The position numbers and the translations under genes were made by a program. The notes under the pieces are model-generated. The model was given only the letters and a program-made list of their open reading frames with translations, was not told where the DNA came from and ran no database searches. This document shows, one piece after another, positions 19,555 to 27,588 of a DNA stretch of 64,000 nucleotides (position 1 is its first letter; the number at the start of each line of letters is the position of its first letter). The DNA is taken from the sequence record LC819008.1; one strand, written 5' to 3'.

Positions 19555-20108
19555 GCGTAAGTCGTATGTGGGAAACTCCCATCGGCGAACGTAATCTGGA
19601 ACCGAAGGTTACGTTCTACAAATTGCTGGATGAGGTAATGAGTCATCCAGCAATTATGCAAGACATCAAAGTCGGCTCGCTTCGTATCTCCGATCGAAAA
19701 GACGAATTCCCTGAGTGCACGCGTTTCATCGAGCACCATCTCATGGACGAGATGAAAGGGTACGTCTATCAGGAATTCGGCGCTCGCGTCAAAGACGTGA
19801 AGTGGTCGGCCTGGGTTCATACGTGCTTCGGTGGTACGGGACTCGTTCCGCACTACCACATGGGGCCTGAGCATTTCGCCTCCATTCTGTATCTGACTGA
19901 CTCGAAAGCAAGTCTGATCATTCGAGATCCGCGTGCCAACATGGTCCGTAATTTCCCTCAGGAGTTGAAACATAACTTCGCGGACTACAAGGTCGATCCT
20001 CGGGTAGGTGACTTCGTGATTTTCCCTACTTACCTCGATCATTACGTGATGGCGGCTGAGCCTGACATGCGCGTCTCGATCGCAATCGACTGGTGCCTTG
20101 ATGATTAA
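19551..20108 (+). CDS. Fe(II)/2OG oxygenase, paralog of 18053
   Basis: ATGA overlap with rSAM 5; PHYH...SILY...LIIRDPR...GDFVIFPTYLDHYVMAAEPDMRVSIAIDW aligns by eye with 18053. Confidence 0.8.
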   Translation: MSVSRMWETPIGERNLEPKVTFYKLLDEVMSHPAIMQDIKVGSLRISDRKDEFPECTRFIEHHLMDEMKGYVYQEFGARVKDVKWSAWVHTCFGGTGLVPHYHMGPEHFASILYLTDSKASLIIRDPRANMVRNFPQELKHNFADYKVDPRVGDFVIFPTYLDHYVMAAEPDMRVSIAIDWCLDD

Positions 20109-20769
20109 CCCTTTGAAACAAGAAGACATCGACCGTCTGAAGGAAACGATGAAGACTTCTCCCATCATTCTCGAACGCAAGCCGTTCAATTCGACCGACT
20201 TTCTGGGCGATTACCTGACGAAGGGGTTCTACTCCTTTAGTGCGAAGCATCTCATGGCGCCTATCGAAATCCAGCGTTTCGAAGTCGTCAAGGTGAAACA
20301 CGAAGACAACTGCTTTCATGCAGAAGGTCACGAGTTCCACAACGACTACATGCGTCTGTCAATCGAACAACTCGGCCGCGATCTGCGTCGCTGGCTCCAT
20401 GAAGTGCCGGTTGAACTCACGTTCGACTTCTTCACAGACTCGGTCAACGATCACGTGCAGCACTGGCATAGCGATGCGCAGTACGCAATGCCCGAACAAA
20501 ACGCAACCATCAACTGTTTCTTCGACAACACGTCGGAAGCAATCGGCGGGCGTTTCGACATGGCTCCGTATAGCGCGGATATCATCGGTACGAAAAAGCT
20601 CCCGGGCTATTTCACGTCGATCTACCCGCAAGCCTACGACGTGATCATCTTCAACCAGAACCGGAACTTCCTGCATAAGGCAATTCCATCGCACATGAAG
20701 CGTCGCATGGTTTCATTCGCGGCAACCTTCGCAGACATCAACCCACTTCTTCCGAATTGGCAGCCATGA
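20101..20769 (+). CDS. Fe(II)/2OG oxygenase (HxD...H type)
   Basis: WHSD, NCFFD...IGG, IIFNQNRNFLHKA, RRMVSF. Confidence 0.75.
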   Translation: MINPLKQEDIDRLKETMKTSPIILERKPFNSTDFLGDYLTKGFYSFSAKHLMAPIEIQRFEVVKVKHEDNCFHAEGHEFHNDYMRLSIEQLGRDLRRWLHEVPVELTFDFFTDSVNDHVQHWHSDAQYAMPEQNATINCFFDNTSEAIGGRFDMAPYSADIIGTKKLPGYFTSIYPQAYDVIIFNQNRNFLHKAIPSHMKRRMVSFAATFADINPLLPNWQP

Positions 20770-21347
20770 TTGACACCGGCGAATTCATCAGCGAGTATTT
20801 GACCAAAGGCTTCTATCGTTTCGATGCATCGGAGGTTCTTTCCAGATTCGATATCAAGGCTTTTGGGACGATCAAGAAAACGGACGCAACATTCGACACG
20901 GAAGATCCGGCAGAGCGCTACAAGGCGTATACGCCAGCGCAAACGGTACTCCTGCGTCAATTGTTGAAGGATATCTCTGAAGTCTACTTCAGCGACCTCA
21001 ACCATGAGCTCCGTTTCAACGATATGTGGGCGTCGGCGAACCCGTACACCTACTCCTGGCACAACGACACACTGCGCTGCTGGCCTGGTTTCAACAGCAA
21101 TGTGAACTGCTATTTCGATAGCATGGACGAAGGTATCGGCGGTGCGTTGCAGATGCACCCGATGGTGGAAGATTACGATTCGATCGCTGACGACAGCCCG
21201 CTGATTGCCGAAGTCTTCCCCCAGAAGTACGACATCATCGTCATCAACCAGAACAGCACGTTCCTGCACCGCGTCCGTCATACGGAAGAGAAGCGCACGA
21301 TGCTCTCGTTCGCAGCAGGCTTCTTCGACTTCAACCCGGTCTTCTGA
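20766..21347 (+). CDS. Fe(II)/2OG oxygenase, paralog of 20101
   Basis: ATGA overlap; YLTKGFY shared with 20101; WHND, NCYFD...IGG, IVINQNSTFLHRV, RTMLSF. Confidence 0.75.
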   Translation: MIDTGEFISEYLTKGFYRFDASEVLSRFDIKAFGTIKKTDATFDTEDPAERYKAYTPAQTVLLRQLLKDISEVYFSDLNHELRFNDMWASANPYTYSWHNDTLRCWPGFNSNVNCYFDSMDEGIGGALQMHPMVEDYDSIADDSPLIAEVFPQKYDIIVINQNSTFLHRVRHTEEKRTMLSFAAGFFDFNPVF

Positions 21348-21349
21348 TC

Positions 21350-21769
21350 ATGCAAGAATGGAAGATGTGGCGAGAGGTCTACAACAACCTCGTTACGGAT
21401 CACACCGATGCAAGACACAAGCACGCCTTCGTCGTCAGTGACACAGTCGTCGACGACGCAATCGAATACATCACGAATCGCAGTGAACTGGGCCGCTATC
21501 CAGGCAAAAGTCGAATCGTGGCTATCATCTATGCGTTCTGCGTTTCAGAAACTTACGGAGAAGATTTTCTCCAGGTTCTCGACGACCCTGAACTCTTCCA
21601 TAGCCCGGACGAATTCTTTGTCCCGTATTCGCAAGACAAAGACACGTACGACGCGATCATTGCCCGTCTCAAAGACATCCCTGGTTGGATCATGGGGGGT
21701 TGGGCACCAAAGACGGTTGAATACTTCAACCTGGAGTGTACTGAAGCGGGCGTAGCATCGATCAGCTGA
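21350..21769 (+). CDS. Hypothetical protein, last gene of the enzyme run
   Basis: Starts 2 nt after the preceding stop; no recognisable motif. Confidence 0.7.
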   Translation: MQEWKMWREVYNNLVTDHTDARHKHAFVVSDTVVDDAIEYITNRSELGRYPGKSRIVAIIYAFCVSETYGEDFLQVLDDPELFHSPDEFFVPYSQDKDTYDAIIARLKDIPGWIMGGWAPKTVEYFNLECTEAGVASIS

Positions 21770-21801
21770 TCCTATAGTGTCCGACTAACTAGGGGATTAT
21801 T

Positions 21802-22188
21802 GTGGGTTTCGATCTCACCAAACTCGGCAACGCTTTTCAGACTTTGACCACGTGGGTAACCGCTGGTCTGGCAAAGAAAGCAGACGCCACAGCAACATCC
21901 AATGCTCTGGCCACTAAGGCAGATGCTACTGCGACGACCAATGCACTGGCTGCCAAAGCCAATGCTACAGATCTCGCAACCACCAACACAAATCTGTCGA
22001 ACCTCACGACTACCGTGGGAACGAAGGCAGATGCGACGGCAACGTCGAATGCATTGGCAACGAAAGCTGATGCAACCGCCACCACCAATGCCTTGGCAGG
22101 CAAGCAGAGTACGGTTCTGACAGGAACGGCTGCTCCTGCTGCTGGCGTGGGTAATAACGGTGACGTGTTCCTCGTAACCGATACCTGA
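21802..22188 (+). CDS. Short fibre-like protein with 13-aa repeats
   Basis: GTG start after SD agggga; KADATAT(S/T)NALA repeated four times; C-terminal GTAAPAAGVGNNGDVF motif typical of fibre ends. Confidence 0.7.
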   Translation: MGFDLTKLGNAFQTLTTWVTAGLAKKADATATSNALATKADATATTNALAAKANATDLATTNTNLSNLTTTVGTKADATATSNALATKADATATTNALAGKQSTVLTGTAAPAAGVGNNGDVFLVTDT

Positions 22189-22241
22189 TGCACAGACATA
22201 TACTCCTGGGCTTGCGCCCAGGAGTATATGCTCTATGTCTG

Positions 22242-22931
22242 TCAGCCACCGCCGCTATACCAGTTGTTTTCCCAGATGAAACAAGGAACTGCGATTGCTG
22301 CATTCGGGTCACCCGTACCAGTTCCAGGATCCCCTGCCGGATAAGTGACGCCGTTATTGGCTTCGACAAAAGGCGCCGAACCTACTTTGCCTAGCAGCAT
22401 ATAGGCTGAACGATACGCGAAGTTAGCATTGCCATAAATACCAGCAGTGCCGCCGACGCGATAGACGGCCGCTGGCAGGCTGTTTCTCAGACGACCACCA
22501 TACGGTTCATCGAAGCTCACCAACGCAAACAACTGGCCGTTGGGCATTGCGTTGAGGTCGTTGGTCAACGCATCGATCTGACCGCTAACGGGAGGTTGCG
22601 TATTGTCCTTCAGGTACGCATCCTCACCGAAGACGTCATACGCCCTCTGGAAAGTCATGTTGCCGTACTTGTCGAACTGGATCAAGTTATAGCTTCGAGC
22701 AGCAGACTCGATCTGTACGCCGTTTCTCCAGATGCCTTTGTTGGCTTGAGGATACAGCGTTTGCGAAAGACCGAGCGCAAAGATCGAAAAGTTGTGACGA
22801 CCAAACGTTTGCTTCCAGACTCCGCCTTGTTTGACATAGACCGAGTTTACCCGTTTCCAGGCCCCGGCCGCCTTGTAGTAGATTTGAGCAACGTGATGCC
22901 AGGCACTCGCTGCTTTAGAATAAATGGTCAT
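22242..22931 (-). CDS. WK-repeat tail-associated protein with ILEI/PANDER-like lectin domain
   Basis: ATG at 22931 (MTIYSKAASAWHHV...KAAGAWKRV...KQGGVWKQ); SYNLIQFD, YDVFG, ALVSFDEP, YRSAYMLLG resemble ILEI domains. Confidence 0.6.
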   Translation of the reverse strand: MTIYSKAASAWHHVAQIYYKAAGAWKRVNSVYVKQGGVWKQTFGRHNFSIFALGLSQTLYPQANKGIWRNGVQIESAARSYNLIQFDKYGNMTFQRAYDVFGEDAYLKDNTQPPVSGQIDALTNDLNAMPNGQLFALVSFDEPYGGRLRNSLPAAVYRVGGTAGIYGNANFAYRSAYMLLGKVGSAPFVEANNGVTYPAGDPGTGTGDPNAAIAVPCFIWENNWYSGGG

Positions 22932-22932
22932 G

Positions 22933-23655
22933 TTAATTAGGATAAAGTCCGGTACTGGGGGTGAATGCGGAAGTATACAGACAATAATTGTAAATACGAA
23001 CACGATCCAGATAACCGTTAAATCCAGCGTAGGTTGAGCCGGAGAGTCGGTTATCGTAATACCCAGCGATATTCAGATTGCCGCCGAAACCAACAGTACC
23101 CAAGGCTGATGTACTTGATCCCGCCACTGCACCATTCACAAACAGGTAAGTAGTCGATCCAGCACGCCCTAAGGCAAAATGATTCCACGAGTTGTTGGTA
23201 ACGGCGATATTGCCGGTGAGGAAAGCTGTATCGCCCGTTCCACTCGGCGTACGTAGAGCCAGTTTCAGGTTATCAAGATGCCAGCGCCATACGCCGCCAG
23301 TAGCGCTATAGGCACCATACGAAAGGATGGTGTTATAGCCGCCTGTGTAAAGGGTATTACCTTGTCCGAGACAATAACCCCAGGCTTCCATCCAGAAGTC
23401 ACCAGAAAACTTCAGATCGGAGGTAAGCGGAGTTGCAAGATAAACACTTCCTCCCGCGGCCACTTGGCTTTGGTTAAGACTTTTTGTACCGTTCTTCGAT
23501 TGCGCAGTAGATAGAGTGAGTCCGCCGCCTCCACCCGCGGTTGAAAAACTTCGACTGGTAAGAACAGAGTCCTTAACAACTGCATCTTCGAAGTCCAGTG
23601 CCATGCTGAGTCCGGGCACTGAAGCTTTCTTGCTTAAAAGCATCGCGTCTAACAT
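22933..23655 (-). CDS. LamG/concanavalin-like tail or receptor-binding protein
   Basis: ATG at 23655 (MLDAMLLSKKA); DFWMEAW, WNHFALGRAGSTTYLFVNG, LDRVRIYNYCLYTSAFTP. Confidence 0.75.
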   Translation of the reverse strand: MLDAMLLSKKASVPGLSMALDFEDAVVKDSVLTSRSFSTAGGGGGLTLSTAQSKNGTKSLNQSQVAAGGSVYLATPLTSDLKFSGDFWMEAWGYCLGQGNTLYTGGYNTILSYGAYSATGGVWRWHLDNLKLALRTPSGTGDTAFLTGNIAVTNNSWNHFALGRAGSTTYLFVNGAVAGSSTSALGTVGFGGNLNIAGYYDNRLSGSTYAGFNGYLDRVRIYNYCLYTSAFTPSTGLYPN

Positions 23656-23714
23656 AACTGTTCTCAGTAAATGATCATAAAATCTTGTGACAATGCTGCT
23701 TTTTAGGAAACAAT

Positions 23715-24191
23715 ATGTTGACGCCAATAATGATGTCGAAGAAGAAAGCATCGAATATAGGCGGAACTTACAGATACCTTCGCCTAAACAACATCCTGCC
23801 ACCGTCTGGAACCAGTTATGCAATGATAGTTGAAATCGAAGTTTTCGATTCATCTGTCGGGACTAATTGGTGCTGGCAACCTGGAGTAGTGGCTTCAGCT
23901 TCGAGTTCATATACTGGTCAGCCTCCTTCGGCCGCTATCGATGGCGTCATCGATACGAATGCAGGAAATCGCTGGACGTCAAATGGCGGTACTGGCCAAT
24001 GGTTTATGGTCGACTTCGGTCAAGCCCGATACTTTGATTCGATTCAGTTGGCGGTATGGACTGGATTTAACCAGGATCCGACCAGTTTCACCATTCAGGG
24101 CAGTAATAACGGTAGTACTTTTACCGACTTGAAATCCGTGAATCGTGGACTCTATCCCAATCTCACACTTACTGAGGTATACAAGACATGA
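23715..24191 (+). CDS. F5/8 type C (discoidin) domain protein
   Basis: ASASSSY, AIDG...RWTS, QWFMVDFG, FTIQGSNNGSTFTDL; N-terminus MLTPIMMSKKKA. Confidence 0.75.
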   Translation: MLTPIMMSKKKASNIGGTYRYLRLNNILPPSGTSYAMIVEIEVFDSSVGTNWCWQPGVVASASSSYTGQPPSAAIDGVIDTNAGNRWTSNGGTGQWFMVDFGQARYFDSIQLAVWTGFNQDPTSFTIQGSNNGSTFTDLKSVNRGLYPNLTLTEVYKT

Positions 24192-24985
24192 ATTACGATC
24201 CGGTTTACACCGCGGGGATCCAGAAGGCGATCAACGAGAAGGCTGGTCAGAATCTCAAACCCGACGGTGCGTTTGGTCCGATGTCGGTTGCAGCACTGCG
24301 TACGTGCCAGGCAAAGCTGGGTTGTCCGGTTACCGGCGTTTACGATGCGGCAACTTCGGCAATCCTCGATCCGTTCATCCGTCAGAAGTACTTGACGATG
24401 GCAAGCTTCCAGGCGGCCGCTCAGGCGCTGGGTGTCACTCCCGCTCACGTTCGTACTGTGTGTGCTGTGGAATCGAATGGCGCAGGCTTCCTGCCCGATG
24501 GGCGCGTGAAGATCCTCTTCGAGCGTCACTGGTTCGCGGCATCCCTGATCGATCGCAAGATCCCGAACTACCAGGCGCTTGCTGCTGCTAACAGCGACAT
24601 CATCAACCATACGCCTGGTGGTTACATCGGCGGAACGGGCGAGTATCCGCGTCTGGCACGTGCGATCAAGATCGATCCGTACTCGGCTTACTATGCGGCT
24701 TCCTATGGTCTTTTCCAGATCATGGGCTTCAACGCATCGTTCGCGGGTTACGGTTCGCCTGAAGCGCTTTACAATGCCTGCCAGCAATCGGAAACGAATC
24801 AGCTGCTCGCATTCGTGAGCTTCATTAAGAACTACCGTGCTGGTGTTCTGTGGACAGCACTCAAAGCTCAGGACTGGGTGAAGTTTGCTCTGAATTACAA
24901 CGGTTCGAACTACAAAGCGAACCAGTACGATACGAAGCTCGCCACGAACTTCGCGACGTACACCAACAACATCAACGCGGCATAA
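24188..24985 (+). CDS. Modular endolysin: peptidoglycan-binding domain plus N-acetylmuramidase (DUF3380-like)
   Basis: DGAFGPMS...VTGVYD PG-binding repeat; AVESNGAGFLPDGRVKILFERH, SYGLFQIMGFN, FALNYNG, YDTKL. Confidence 0.9.
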   Translation: MNYDPVYTAGIQKAINEKAGQNLKPDGAFGPMSVAALRTCQAKLGCPVTGVYDAATSAILDPFIRQKYLTMASFQAAAQALGVTPAHVRTVCAVESNGAGFLPDGRVKILFERHWFAASLIDRKIPNYQALAAANSDIINHTPGGYIGGTGEYPRLARAIKIDPYSAYYAASYGLFQIMGFNASFAGYGSPEALYNACQQSETNQLLAFVSFIKNYRAGVLWTALKAQDWVKFALNYNGSNYKANQYDTKLATNFATYTNNINAA

Positions 24986-24993
24986 AGCGACTA

Positions 24994-25023
24994 TCCTACT
25001 CCTGCCTTACGGCAGGAGTAGGA
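24994..25023. terminator. Bidirectional terminator
   Basis: tcctactcctgcc-TTAC-ggcaggagtagga between convergent stops at 24985 and 25033. Confidence 0.8.
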
Positions 25024-25032
25024 GTCTTTCGT

Positions 25033-25311
25033 TTAATACGGCATTGTGCTAGACAGACGAACCATCACGCCACTGGTTTCGTCAAAGCGAAGATCGCCTT
25101 TGCGCATCACGCCAGCGTTAGGCTGGCAGAATTCGATGATCTGACCGTCGGCTGTTTTCACGTCGTAGTACGACTTGATGTAACCGTTGCCGTCGAAGGG
25201 ACGCCAATCGAAGTAGTCATATCGGTGTTTAAACCGACCACCACTTTCGAACGATTTGATCTTCTCGTCGTCAAAAGCTTTCTTCGCCTTATCCGCCTTC
25301 AAAAACGACAT
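25033..25311 (-). CDS. Hypothetical protein
   Basis: 92-aa ORF, start overlaps the stop of 25311-26930. Confidence 0.6.
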   Translation of the reverse strand: MSFLKADKAKKAFDDEKIKSFESGGRFKHRYDYFDWRPFDGNGYIKSYYDVKTADGQIIEFCQPNAGVMRKGDLRFDETSGVMVRLSSTMPY

Positions 25312-26930
25312 TAGTCGTCGAAGTTGAATTCAGTGATGTCGAAACCCTTGCCGCTCGGGATCGTCTGGTATTCCAGCTTACGCAGCTGACCAACGTCGAA
25401 CTCGACGATCTGTCCGTTGAACGGGCACTGGATGGTGCGGCCGTTGAACTTGAACTTCTTGACATCGTCGCCGATCAGGATGATCTTGCGCTTGCCTGCC
25501 AGGCTCAGATCGAACCACTTGAGCTTGCCCGGATTGTTCTCGACGAACAGGCGCGTTTCACCATTGCGGTCGGTCTTGATGTTCAGCATGCCGTGGCGTC
25601 CGTCTTTCTGCGGCCACAACGTCATGTCGATCCGCTCGACGTTCTTCTGGTTGCGCGAAACCTCATGCACGGCACCTTCGATCATGCCGATGTAGTCCTT
25701 CGCATCAGCCAGATCTGCCAGCGAGAAGCTTCCCGTTTCCTGCTTGTGGGACGACTTGTGGCCGTCCGAGCCGATGTGGGAGATGGTCTTCGTCGTATGC
25801 TGGCGCGTGGTGAAGAGACCGAAGTCCTTACCGCGGTTGCCGTGGATGATCGTGAGTAGCGGGCCGAGAATCGGAATCAGCGGCGTGACTACTTGACCGA
25901 GCGACGAGAACTCTTCGTTCGAGCTCATGTACGGCTTGAAGTTTTCGGTCGTGGCCTTAGCCAGATCGTCGGTGTCTTGCTTGACTTCCTTTTGCAGGTC
26001 GTCCTTGCCATCACCTTGATCGTCGTCGCCACTGGCGTTGTCGTCCGAACCAGCAGCGTTATCGCCACCACCCGAATCATCGCCACCTGCGTTCTGATCG
26101 TCACCACCAGCACCACCAGTGTCGTCACCGCCACCATTGTCACCAGAGCCGTCGTCTGCCGCAGGCGTACCGCCGTCGGGATTGTCGTTCTGCTTTTGCT
26201 CACCATCTTCGTCAGTCGCACCGCCTGCAGGAGGCGCATCCGAATTGCCGTAGTCGGCGAGCGGCTGGTTCGTGTTCGGCGTGAGGAACATCGTCTGGTA
26301 CATCTGGGCGATCTTCTCTTCCGATTCCGGAGATTGAAGACCTTCGGAACCATCGAGCATCTCGGTGAATTCCATCGGCAGTGCCGGGAGTTCCTTGCCA
26401 CGCGGCCAGCTTTCCAGGTCGATCTTGACCCAGTCGTGGTACTGCGCGCCGGGTTTCGGGAAGCAATCGACTTCCCAGTTCAGGTCGCTGCCTTCGATCG
26501 GGAACGTATAACGATCCTTGATCATGCCGGCGTCGCCGAAGTACTTGAAGATGTTGAACTGGTCGAGCGAGGATTGTTCCGGCGTTTCCGCACAGCTGCC
26601 ACGCTCACCGATGTCCAGCTTCGACGTGAGAACGTACGAAACAGCAGCGCCTGGCTCACGCAGGTTGATCGACTTGCGAACACGGATCGAGCCGGACCCA
26701 GCGTTCTTGTCGGTCTTCGCGATCTTGACAGACCATTGCTCCTGGCGCTCAGCACCAGTTGCACGTTCGAGCCAGGCGAAGTCCTTGACACGAACATAGA
26801 TCACGCGCTCGATCTCAGCCGAGGTACGGCCGGAAACATCTTCCGCCTCGTTGGAAGCCAAGCCCTTGAGGGACTTGACCTCGACTTCCTGAAACGACTC
26901 TGCGATCAGGGTTCTGGGTCCGAAACTCAT
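25311..26930 (-). CDS. CYTH-like domain protein, probable processed head protein
   Basis: EIERVIYV, IRVRK, KDRYTF, WEVDCF, KIDLE match the CYTH pattern; ASNE and SSNE S-x-E sites; Gly/Asp-rich linker. Confidence 0.6.
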   Translation of the reverse strand: MSFGPRTLIAESFQEVEVKSLKGLASNEAEDVSGRTSAEIERVIYVRVKDFAWLERATGAERQEQWSVKIAKTDKNAGSGSIRVRKSINLREPGAAVSYVLTSKLDIGERGSCAETPEQSSLDQFNIFKYFGDAGMIKDRYTFPIEGSDLNWEVDCFPKPGAQYHDWVKIDLESWPRGKELPALPMEFTEMLDGSEGLQSPESEEKIAQMYQTMFLTPNTNQPLADYGNSDAPPAGGATDEDGEQKQNDNPDGGTPAADDGSGDNGGGDDTGGAGGDDQNAGGDDSGGGDNAAGSDDNASGDDDQGDGKDDLQKEVKQDTDDLAKATTENFKPYMSSNEEFSSLGQVVTPLIPILGPLLTIIHGNRGKDFGLFTTRQHTTKTISHIGSDGHKSSHKQETGSFSLADLADAKDYIGMIEGAVHEVSRNQKNVERIDMTLWPQKDGRHGMLNIKTDRNGETRLFVENNPGKLKWFDLSLAGKRKIILIGDDVKKFKFNGRTIQCPFNGQIVEFDVGQLRKLEYQTIPSGKGFDITEFNFDD

Positions 26931-26945
26931 AAGTTTGCTCCTTGC

Positions 26946-27266
26946 TTAGCCAGGCAAGAAGATCTTCATCAACTCGATAATGCTGTCGATAAATTTCTCC
27001 ACCAGCTTGGCCTCAGGTAAAGGTTTTTCGAGAATGAAAGAAAGGAAATAGGTGAGGAAGATGAGAAAGAGCAGAACGATCAAAGCCGTGACGATTCTCC
27101 GTACAAACGGGTTCTTCAAACGTTCCTTCATTTCCTCATCCTCCCGGTCAATGTCGAGAGCATTCTCGACGCGATCCAGAAGATCATCGGTGGAGTTGTG
27201 CTCCTTGTCCTTGGTTTCTTCCGGTTTGGCAGTCATAACTGCCGTCTCAGTTGCTGGCGTTGCCAT
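26946..27266 (-). CDS. Small membrane protein, holin/antiholin candidate
   Basis: One hydrophobic segment IVTALIVLLFLIFLTYFLSFIL; start overlaps the o-spanin gene. Confidence 0.5.
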   Translation of the reverse strand: MATPATETAVMTAKPEETKDKEHNSTDDLLDRVENALDIDREDEEMKERLKNPFVRRIVTALIVLLFLIFLTYFLSFILEKPLPEAKLVEKFIDSIIELMKIFLPG

Positions 27267-27588
27267 CGCTCTGCGCCTTCTTATTCAGCTCGTCGACCTT
27301 CTTGCCGACTTGGGCTTTCCATTCGCGCAGACCTGCTTTGTCGGCGTGTTCCTTACCGATTACGTTCAGGAGGTCAGTGGAGTATTGCGTCCACATGGCT
27401 TCCTTGGCGTCGCAGGACAGCTTGCTGTACTCCACCGACGTATAGGGTGGAGGCGGAGCCGCGTTGTCCTGAAGCAGGTTATCGTTGGGGGTCATGATCG
27501 CATATTTGTCGCGGTACTGAATCTGTGTCCCGCAACCGCTCAGGCTGACTGCTGCGATCATCGCAGCCAGCAAAATCTTCTTCTTCAT
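27247..27588 (-). CDS. o-spanin (Rz1-like lipoprotein)
   Basis: Signal peptide MKKKILLAAMIAAVSLSG|C with lipobox; PPPP; extra Cys; directly downstream of the i-spanin candidate. Confidence 0.75.
   Translation of the reverse strand: MKKKILLAAMIAAVSLSGCGTQIQYRDKYAIMTPNDNLLQDNAAPPPPYTSVEYSKLSCDAKEAMWTQYSTDLLNVIGKEHADKAGLREWKAQVGKKVDELNKKAQSDGNASN

Noticed and set aside
9810-21769. Cluster as a queuosine/7-deazaguanine or known DNA hypermodification locus
   Set aside because: No FolE, QueC, QueD, DpdA, thymidylate-synthase-like, kinase or glycosyltransferase genes were recognised; the rSAMs look SPASM-type rather than QueE-type. Kept only as an alternative to test.
25960-26240. Gly/Asp-rich low-complexity DNA here and at 34500-34730 as possible repeat elements
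   Set aside because: Explained by acidic flexible linkers or tails within coding sequence; no discrete repeat unit.
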